64,000 nucleotides of DNA from Chara braunii (Eukaryota; Plantae; Charophyceae), in contig BFEA01000029.1 in NCBI GenBank assembly GCA_003427395.1, positions 4,221,975 to 4,285,974 on the forward strand. The letters run 5' to 3'. The translations under genes were made by a program, and so were the position numbers. Below are positions 35,413-45,713 of the stretch, piece by piece. The notes under the pieces were generated by a model. It saw only the letters and a list, made by a program, of their open reading frames with translations, was not told the origin of the DNA and made no database searches. Positions within the stretch are counted from its first letter, which is position 1, and the number at the start of each line of letters is the position of its first letter.

Positions 35413-37551
35413 GAGTTGCGATGTCCCTTCAAGCTCCATCTCCATCTCGTCCTCCTCAACCCTTCCTCTCGATCCTGACGGACCACCATCCCAGCGGGTC
35501 CATCACAGGGTACGCACGGTTAACGCCCTGCAATCGAACCCGCACGCGAATCGACTCATTGGGGGACTGAGGTCCCAAGCACGACCCGTCGTCGGTCGAC
35601 TAGGACGTATTCCACTCACCACGCGTTACACCATACTAAAAATTAAAATACACACACAAAAATAGAACTCTCCTAGTCCTTTCAGTGTCGGACCCATAAC
35701 CTTTTAACACGGAAATCCGTTAGGTGTCGCCCGCAAGACTCGAGATAAAATTGTGTGGGTGCTAGGCCTTTCTCATATCGACCAGCAATGCACGCATACG
35801 CATGCAGTCGCAACGATGAAGTACTATGTGCTACCAACAATCCTACGACCCTCGATAATCTCGGAGGTCACGTTTCGACACTCAAGTCTCGGCTGACACG
35901 CACCTTGAGGGGTTAATCTCTCGACACTAGACAACCGCCAAGGCGGTTGATCATCACACCCTCTTCTGCACCATGCGGAGAGTGGGTGGTACACAGGTTC
36001 CGGCCTGTGGTGGCAGTCATCTCTCGTGGCTTAGGAGGAAAACTCCATCATCCAGGGCCTGGAGAGAAATTAAGGGGTTTGACTTTGACAGTTGTCACGG
36101 ACTGCAACGTCCAACCATAACAACTCTAAAAAGTAAAGGGTGAAGGGAATCTATTTTTTCTCTCAAGACATAGTTTGTTTAACTCTCGCACACAGTGATA
36201 GCAGACCGTACGGATACTAAATGTATGTGTAAGTGAGAATGTATACATATACATACATGAGGGGTTATGAGATATGTTGCTATCACTTTTCACAACCACT
36301 GCAAGGTTTCCTTCAACCATTATAGTTATGCTAAGCAAGGGTAGTTCAAACAATCAAGTCGAAGCTTGTGTGGCATCAGACGATCACTCTCACAACAATT
36401 GCGTGGCTTGTCCATCCGCATTCACACAATACTCAGACTATCACCAAACTCAATTCAAAGATCTTATAAGCATACCTGCAATCGCACAGAGTTCAAACAA
36501 CAATATGACACGTACTAAGGGAGCCAACTTTATTGCTTTCTGTGACTCACACCCTGCCTTATGCATCCAAACCCCAACAAATTTTCACGATCCCTCAATA
36601 AAGGTACTCAGCCTTTAGAAATGGCCACTTAAAAAAAAAATTGGGTGAAAACCCTAAAAAATATAAAAACCCATAAGAGCCAAGGCCTTAGGTTGAGATG
36701 CAGAAGCAGAGAAATTATGTCGTAAACCGACCTGTTATCAAAAGATAACAGAAACGTAATCCTTCATAGGGTCAGACCGAACAAGTCAAGCCTTCAATCG
36801 AATCCATAGACCTGCATTACAGTTCAAGTCAAAGCGGACCAATACTATGTTTAAGACAAATGGAGGACATGTTCCATGTCGTAGCCTAACTCCTCTAGTA
36901 ATTTTTTCCTTACCTTCTTCCATTGGGTTTCAGACATTACTGAAAATATTGGTAGCATCTCCCTTAGTCAGGGTAGTTTGTCAAATTTTTCCTAGCAGAA
37001 AATAATCTAACTTCTCAAATTCTACAGAATTTCGGCAGCGCTTCCCGTATAAAAAACGTTTTTTCAAAATTTTCAGGTGTTCAAAAACGATTGACTCTTT
37101 CAGATTTGTAAAAATTTCGGAAGCGCTTCCCGTAGGAACAGGAGAATGCCAAGATTTATACAAAGTTGAAAATGCAAAGACAACGTACACATATACTTGA
37201 GACTAACTTCTAACACTTACTTGATAGTTAGAACTGAAGATAGTTTACACGATCCCCCTTTGAAGATGGTATCGTGAGCTATCACTAGTCCCAACTTCCA
37301 GTAAGGTCATTCTTATCATATCCCAATTTTCCCTCCCATTGTCCATTTCAGCTACCTATAACTCCAACACTCAGCGAGCATCTAAAGCGACTAAGCTATC
37401 AAAAATAATACCCTAGAGATAAACCTCAAAAACATACATAGGTAAGTGCAATAACATTTTTCACCAACCCTCAGGTTTCTTTCCATGTCACATAATTCAT
37501 TCAAAAACCCTCGTTATCTCTTTTTTACCCTTCCTTACATAAGACATAGGA

Positions 37552-38287
37552 TCAACCAACCCAACTTATGGATGTGACTGACCTGCCAGTTTATATGACT
37601 AGGCCACACAAACTTATGGTGCTCTAACCTGGTAAAAGAAGTATACGTAAGACATAGGACCAAACCACACCAACTTATGGTGTGACCAGTTTCTGCCTAA
37701 ACGATCGACATAAGGCGTATCACTGGGCCGCACCAACTTATGGTGAGGTTGGTCAGCCTGAACATTCGGCATACACAAAAAGTTGAACCTCCTCAACTTA
37801 TGAGGGGTCAGTCTTAGCCTGAACAACGACAAAAGGCATATGACCAGGACACACTCACTTATGATGTGCCTAGCCAGCCCAAACAACGACATATGGTGTA
37901 GAACTAGACTACCCGACTTATGAGTAGTCCAGCCCAGCCTAGACAAAACCACATGCGTGAATGACCGAACAACCCGCAACTTATGTCTTCGTCAAGCCTT
38001 CTCAATACAACCATGTTCAATGAATAAACATAAGGCATAAAACTCACCACACCAACTTATGGTGTGATTAGCCTCTGCGTGAACAATTGACTTAAGGCGT
38101 ATGATCGGGCCGCACCAACTTATGGTGAGGCCGGTCAGCCTGGACATTTGACATACACGAAATAACTGAGCCACCTCAACTTATGAGGGGTCCAACCTCT
38201 TCCTGAACAAATAACGAAAGGCATATGACCAGGACACACCAACTTATGATGTGTCTGGCCAACCCACAGTACGATGACATATGGTGT
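37552..38287. repeat. Array of ~60-bp units, each a hairpin with ACTTA loop (continues 46641-47525)
   Basis: About 25 CAACTTATG-type cores with complementary but variable arms. A higher-order ~380-bp repeat is present. Confidence 0.9.
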
Positions 38288-40659
38288 TGTCGAGCGCATC
38301 GGTCCGGCACCGCACCAGGGCAGCGCGGGACCCTCCTGGCCGCGTCACGCAGGAGTTGGTTTAAATCCTTCGTCGCAAAATATGCATGTGGAGCTTCCTC
38401 AAGCCGCTCCGGCCGGGTGCGCCAGCCATACCTCTCGCGAGCCCCTACGACAGGATAGGGCCTACGCGAGGCACGACTTACCTACACCTTACGGGAGTTG
38501 TCACCTCCCTTCGGTGGGTGTATCCCCACCGAGCTACCAGTCCACAGTATGAAAGTTAATCAGTTGCGATCGCAGAGGTGGACCAGCCGATGGCGTTTCT
38601 CGTTCGCTGTAGCATAGGGGGTACGCGCGGTAATACGCCTCTATCGGACCCGCGTGCGAATTGGCATCCTGGGGGGCTGAGGTCCCAAGCGCGACCCGTC
38701 GTCGGTCAACTAGGACGCATCCCACACACCACGCGCACACCATTTTACGAACACAAAAATAAAACACGCACACACACACATACAAAACAACACAATACAG
38801 ACAACGTGACAATGCTCCTAGCCCCTCGGTGGCCAGCCCATAACTTTCCAACGTGGAAATCGAAAAGGCGTCGCGCGTGAGACTTAGTATAAAACCGCGC
38901 GGATGCAGGGCTAACTCATATCGACTCGCAATGCAAGCGTACGCAAGCGGTCGCAATGATGGCGTACCATGTAGCACCCATACTTATGCGGTCCTCTTTA
39001 ATCTCGAGGGTCGCATTTGATACTCAATTGTCGGCTGACACGCNNNNNNNNNNNNNNNNNNNNNNNNNNNNNNNNNNNNNNNNNNNNNNNNNNNNNNNNN
39101 NNNNNNNNNNNNNNNNNNNNNNNNNNNNNNNNNNNNNNNNNNNNNNNNNNNNNNNNNNNNNNNGTCGCATTTGATACTCAATTGTCGGCTGACACGCGCC
39201 TTGAGGCCCTGGGGGTCGCAATGATGGCGTACCATGTAGCACCCATACTTATGCGGTCGTCTTTAATTTATCGACGCTGGACAACCGCCAAGCGCGGTTG
39301 AAGACAACACACCCTCTTCTGCACTTTGTGCAGAGCGGGTGGTACACAGGTCCATACATGTGGTGGCAGTCGTTTTTTGCGGCCCTGGGGGTAAGTCCTA
39401 CCCCAGGCCTGCAAAAGTCAAGGGGTTTGACTTTGACAGTTGCCACGGACTACAACTTCCAACTATAAATCGTAAAAAGCACAAATAGACCGAAGCCCCC
39501 CCCCCCTTTATCCCAAAAAGAAAACAAAGTCTTGGGATACTCTTCCCTTTTCACGTAGTGTCAGCGACTTGTAGTAATCCTAAGTATTCGCGCGTATGTG
39601 CGGGCCCCTTTTGATCCCATAACTTTTAAACGTCAGGGCGGCGAATCATCGCGCGCGGGATTTTAATATAAAGTCGTGCAGCTGCGGGTCAGTCTCATAC
39701 CAACCAACGATGCCAACCATACGTGGTAGTCGCGGCTCTGGCCTCGTGATATTGAATGGCTGAAGGAATATATCGTAAGGGGTTACCCCACACGATATTG
39801 AACGGCTGAAGGACATGTCGTTCGGCCTTCGCGACATTTCCGCCTTCAGGGTGGGGTGCCTCGATGGGCAAAGCGAATAGGTCATGCGTGAGGGGAAACC
39901 CCTCCACTGCAGAGCCTAGGGCTTGGGATGTCCTGAACAAGGACCTTGAATCCCGGCCCAGGACCAACGTCCGACTAAGAAAATCTTCAAGAAGCAAAGC
40001 AAAATAAAAGGAAGGGTCTTCCTTGGGCCTCTCAGTCTTGGGTCCCTCACAACCATACGTATATATGTGATCGCAGGCAACGCAATCCAGTATCTGATTC
40101 ATAGCACATACCTGCAAATCACATCAACGAGTCAATCAACAGCCCACTCACTACACGAAGTCAACCCCAACCATCTTCAACACTCATACCCCTCGCTTTA
40201 GCCATGCAAGCCCCAACCTCCTGTTTAACCGATCTTAATTAAATACTCGGTACCTTTGTTAAATGACCATTCAATAAAAGTCTGGGTGAAACCTTAATGA
40301 AACAATGAAATTCACCAGGGCTACAGTTTCTTAGGTTGAGTGTGGAGGGTGAGTTGGAATTGAGTCGTAAACCGACGAATCATCAACCGACATGTTATCA
40401 GTGATAACAGATGATGATCCTCAAGGGATTAAGATGAATCTAGTCCGGATCTTGAATCAAACGATCAGGAGGGTCTGTAACACATGACAGGTCAATGCCC
40501 CAGGCTGAATGTTATAAGTTCATGAAGAACAGTCTCCATATCGTGATCTTATCCAAGTCATTCTTAGTTAACTGTATATAAGCCTACCTCTAAGCAGTAT
40601 GGTAAAATCTCCCCTGATCAGAGTGGACTATCAGAATCGCCTCCTGTCAAAAATATAAT

Positions 40660-41230
40660 CGATCTCCTTTAAACTAAGAAAATTTCGGCAGCGCTTCCCG
40701 TAGGAAAAGTGTCTTTCCATAATTTATATAAGTCTAAATGTGAAAGCAAAGATAAACTTTTAATTCTGGAAAGTCCAATTTTGTCAAACTCCCTGAATTA
40801 GTAAAAATTTGGGCAGCACTCCCTTTAGAAAGGGAGACTTTCCTGATTTACACTAAGTCAGATATGAACTCAAAAGACGACTTGAGTTCAACTTAGACAA
40901 TATTTAAGCAACTCCTTAGTTTTGCAGCACTCCCTTTAGAAAAGTGTTTTTCAAAATTTATACAAGGCTAAGTCCAGAAATTGAAAGTAATTTTGACTTA
41001 TCAAAGTCCAATTTTGTCCAACTCCCTGAATTAGCAAAAATTTGGGCAGCACTCCCTTTAGAAAAGGAGACTTTCCAGATTTTTACTAATTCAGATATAA
41101 GAAAAGACAAAGTCGAACTTTTGACAAGTCAAAATTTAACTAACTCCTTGGATTTGTAAAAATTTCGGCAGTGCTTCCCGTAGGAAAAGTAGCTTGCTAA
41201 GATTTATACAAGTCAAAAGATCCCAGAAAA
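40660..41230. repeat. ~120-bp tandem repeat (AAAATTT(C/G)GGCAGC(G/A)CT(T/C)CC..TAG.AAA); two copies also at 37010-37170
   Basis: Five cores at ~40680, 40805, 40920, 41040 and 41160. Confidence 0.85.
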
Positions 41231-41439
41231 TGCAAGAATTGATCTAAGTATAAAAAAAGTTACTACAAAAAATGCAGGAATTGACACTAACTTCTATGGC
41301 TCTAGCACGTGGCGAGCAACTAATGCAAGCTAGACCACAAAGGTAAGTACTCTCACCAGCCCCAAATCAACTCGAACAAACAATAGTTCATGGTCTTTCA
41401 ATGATTTAACCCTTATATCCAGCTTACATAAGGCATAGG

Positions 41440-42380
41440 TCAGGCCGCCTGAAGTTACAGAGCGCGCCCAACTTAGCCAGGCCTAGAGTCAGAATACCTA
41501 AACTTATAGAGCGTTCTGACTTGGCCAAGTATATACGAACAGAGGGCACAACTACTTTTGTCTTCTTTGGGCACATGACTAGACCACTCTAGTTGCCCTG
41601 AACTGTTTAAAGTATCCAAGTTATATATACTTGTCTTCACCTATCTCTTCTAAGGCTGCATATGACTGAACTTAACTTAAGCTCAGTCTGCCCCAGTTTA
41701 CCACCAGTTTTATTCTTAGTTATACTCTCTTCAATTTGTGGTATGGCTATTGTCAGACCACCTAAACTTATAGAACAGTCTGATTAGCTCGTTCTTAGAT
41801 AGAATAGTAGTGAAGTATAGCCAAATTATAACCATTGGCTTCCAGCATGTGCGAGGCTTTGAGCCAGACCCCCTGAATTTACAGAAGGGTCTAGCGCTCT
41901 GCCAAGTTTTTTTCTCTCTGAACCATCATGTATGTGGCATCGAGTCAGACCCCCTGAACTTACAGAAGGATCTGCCCCTTTGCCAAGGTTATTTCTTCAA
42001 AATAAAGAGCAGGAAGGGACTGAGCCACCTGAACTTACAGAACAGCTCGGCCTCCTCGTTCAGAAACAAAAAAAAACTTAGGAAAACCCAAAAAAACAAA
42101 GCAACTCAAGACACCAAAACTTATTGAGCGCCCAGAGTCCCTAAAAATCAAGCGCAATCAAACCCTTTACAGGTCAGAGCAGTCAGGCCACCTGAACTTA
42201 CAGAGCAGCCCGACCCTCCATACAAGCCATAGCACTGGGTATCCCCAAACTTATGGGGACATCCTAGCCTCCAGAGCAATCAAACCCCCTAAACTTATAG
42301 AAGGGTCTGCTGCTCCATGCAACCCAAAGTAAACAAAGCACTGGGTCTCCCCAAACTTATGGGGACCTCCCAGCCTTAAT
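41440..42380. repeat. Homologous AACTTA-loop hairpin array in the nested element
   Basis: About 11 cores, e.g. CCCCTG-AACTTA-CAGAAGG, TCCCCA-AACTTA-TGGGGA, CCCTA-AACTTA-TAGAAGGG. Confidence 0.85.
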
Positions 42381-45300
42381 GACCCAGCCAACCACCAAGC
42401 AGAACAACCCACCATCCTGCCTTTCCCCCCCCCAGATGCAGTTCTTTCGAACAGTCACACAGTCAATAAAGTTGAAATTGAAACTTGAACAGACATTCCT
42501 TTACTTAGTCTTGTTCAGTGTCCTGAATAGTCAAACCAAAAATAGAGTAGGGTTGCACATCATATATTCAGTCAGCGATGCAATGGGTAATGCAGATAGG
42601 GGTTATATCTTGGGTGTATAGAGGGAAAAGCGAATGGTTACCTGTCAGCTCCCTGCCTCCAGAGCCTCGCCTAGGCTCAGGCAAAGCTCCCGCAATCGGT
42701 GGGTGGACTCCCCACAGAGTCTTGATGCGGTCCTCCGGGTTGCAATCCCGCCTGCCGCCTTCCCCTCAGAACAAGACCAGACTTAGAGTAAGAAGGATAG
42801 ACGAAGAAGGATAGAGAAATAGGATAGAGGAAGAAGGCTTGAAACTCTCAGATACAAGAGGGGTGCTCTCAGACTCACTGGAGAGGGCCTTGTAATCTTT
42901 AGCTCCTGAGGGCCCCGCAATGGCGGCCAAATAGTATCAGCTTGGCCAATTTCTGAATTGAGTCTGCCGAAATCAACCCCTTGACGAGCTCCCGAACACC
43001 CCAATGACCCCTTATTTGTCTGGTCCGATCATCTCCCCTCGTCTCAGCCCCCCTTTCCTCGTCTCAACACCTCCCCTCTGCCTGTTTGCGGTCACACAGT
43101 AGTTTACAACAGCCCATATACGCAGCGGCAGTGCTCAATGGCAGCCCCCCTGCTGCTTGTAGCCGCATGCCGTAATTCGCAGTACTTGCCATTACTGTTG
43201 TGGCAGAACTTGGTTGAGGCAACAATCGAACGCACAACGGTCAACAATTCACAATCCAATCTCGGTGACCACCGATCAAACCAACAGAAAAGATGGCCAC
43301 TCCTTGTCCTCCGTTACAGTCTACAGTCCGAGGCCCAGCTGCAATCTCTGATTTCCAGCCATAGTGCTGGCTTTCACAGCGGCATTGCCCGAAATCCCAG
43401 CATCAACAGTCATTCGTCGCAGCTGTGTACAGGCACCCAGTGAGAACACTCACCTTTGACCACAACAGCAGTGCCCCAGTTTCAAACAACAGCGGTTGGT
43501 AGCCAGGCTTTGAGCACGGTAAGACTTGAACCGCCGTCTTAGCAATCCTTGTGGCTGCAGCACCAGGCTAACAGGCAAGCCCCTCCACTCGTCAGGCTGT
43601 GTGACTCATTAGCTAGCTGGTAAGCCTTCCGCCCCGCAACCAAGTAGTACCGCAGCAATCCCCACCAACAGGATTATACCTGGTTTAAAGTTGGGAACGG
43701 TACCAACAGTTCTCTCTCAACGGGTGCAGCAGTGTTAGTCACTAGCCAACGAGCACAGCCGTAGCATGCAGTGGCGGGCAATGACTTACCCTCCTTCGCT
43801 GCTCGATAAGGCGGCGCAAAACCACCCCCATTCACAGTCGGTTCTCCTAGCACGTCCTACCCCCCCCCGTAAGCATGCCTTGGCTCAGTCAGGTAAGTAC
43901 AGTCTGCCCATTATCACTTCGCCTGGATCTGAAGGTAGCATATGGCCAGGCACATACTTCCTCAAGGAATCCAACCATCCATAAGTGGAGGGAGGTATCA
44001 GGGCGCTGGAACAGCCAGCTGCAGGCGGGACTTACGATGACATACCTCGAGGAAGAAATCACCCTCACCCTACCTCGCAGCTAGCCTCACGCTACTTTGT
44101 TTTGGGGCAGAGTACAAAATTTGAATGAACCTGTCCCCTAAGAACGACCAGCTTCACCCCCCCCCAACGATTAACCATTCCTCCGGCGCAGTTTATTTAT
44201 TAACTTCCTCAAAAGTTAATCACTGAACTCTAAATCTAACACCGCCACTGCTCGTCCCGAAACCTCTACTTTGACTCTTTCCCCGCTCGATTCTATCAGG
44301 AATTAAGTGGTAACTCGTTTCTTCTACCTCGCTGCTCTTCCCTCCGCCATAGCCTATTGCGCACGTAGTTTTTTTTTCTTTCTCTCTTTTTCTACCAACA
44401 CTCTATTAATTCTGACTCCGAAATCGAAGTCGCCTGGCCGGAAAAACCCTATCTACAGCTCTCCCTGCCCCGCGCTCACCAGGAAATGGGCGAAATTCAA
44501 CAATTTCCCTCCACCATAACCCTGCCACCTCTGAATGAATCTAGCACTATTCCCCGTCCCGGTTCACTCGGCTTTTTAACACTTCGCTCCCCCTCACGCT
44601 CACCTCGTTCTCCTCTGCCCTCGCCTGCATCCTGCCTGTCTCCCCGCCGTCGCTTCGCTATTCCCCTGCGCTGCCTCCCGCTACCCCGCTGTAGCCGCTC
44701 TCGGCACCATGCTGTCTCCTGCCCGCATGCACCCTGGCGCGGAACCTGGCCAGGTTCCTTCCTTTCTTCCCTGCCCGACAGCTACTCCGACCGGTCCGCC
44801 TTCCCTTCCGCTACACCACCCGTCATCTCCAATCCCTCTCTCTCTCTCTTAGTACTCAGTAGTAAGGCGCAACCTTCTCTCTCTCCCCCCCCGTTGCGCC
44901 CCACCGTAGAGTGCACCTCGACGTGACCTCAGGCCAGGTCCGTTCCCGCTCTCGCACCTTCCTTCCTTTGTCAACATTGAGCCGACAGCATTTGCGGCAG
45001 CCCGGTACTCTCACCCACTCCGCTATCCGCCTTGCCTGTCCATCACCTACGGCTCACAGCCGCGTGCCCCGCTACCTACCTCGCCTACTACCGCTAACGC
45101 TCGCTGGTTTGCACCTCACTGAGTGATAGCTCGCCGACTCACAGAGCATGAGCACCCAAAAGAAACTGGCGGGAGTAGTGAAGTCAGTTACAAAAACAAA
45201 AACGAGGGAGTCACCCTCATTTTATTCACACTCCCTTGCCTCGCAAAACTTAGCCAGTCCCTACTATAGTGTTCCTGATTTTTCCCGAAAGACTTCTATC

Positions 45301-45503
45301 GCGGCAATGCCCCCGGTACCGAGGCCACACGGGCTTAGTGTCGGGCCCAGCACTGGAGAGCCTCCGTGATCCCCCCTGTCCCGGGCCGCTTCTCCACTTT
45401 CGTTATGGCGCCCGCGCTTAGCCCCTTCTAGCCTTTCTCAGCGCTTGGCCCCCTTTTGCTTCTGGGTTCATTCCCGGAATTACCAATGCCGGTCTGGCGT
45501 GAT

Positions 45504-45557
45504 GGCCACGCTAATCCTATCCGTATCGTTCCAATTTTAACAGATGTCCCGAAGTAC
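45504..45557 (-). pseudogene. U6: U6 5'-half relic inside the 8.3-kb element
   Basis: GTACTTCGGGACATCTGTTAAAATTGGAACGATACGGATAGGATTAGCGTGGCC. Confidence 0.88.
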
Positions 45558-45615
45558 TTTTCCTAACGGTTGGCACCTCAAGGCGCTTCCAAAGGCCATC
45601 CGGCCTTTTCCTTTT

Positions 45616-45713
45616 CCTCCCCGCCTTACGAGCGCCATCCTCGTACGGCGGCCAAGCTGGCCTCGCTAATCTTCTCTATACCGCTCCAATTTTCAACGGG
45701 TGTCCCGAAGGAC
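45616..45713 (-). pseudogene. U6: Divergent near full-length U6 relic inside the 8.3-kb element
   Basis: GTCCTTCGGGACACCCGTTGAAAATTGGAGCGGTATAGAGAAGATTAGCGAGGCC...CGAGGATGGCGC. Degraded TSD-like flanks AAAGGCCATCCGGCC / AAACGCCCCGGCC. Confidence 0.85.

Noticed and set aside
36720-36900. Organellar LSU rRNA resemblance (GATAACAG...TAATCC)
   Set aside because: Only short words match. They are explained by a local CTGTTATC/GATAACAG hairpin, with no collinear rRNA similarity.
39044-39262. Local duplication around the N gap
   Set aside because: Identical sequence flanks both sides of a scaffold gap, so it is probably an assembly overlap.
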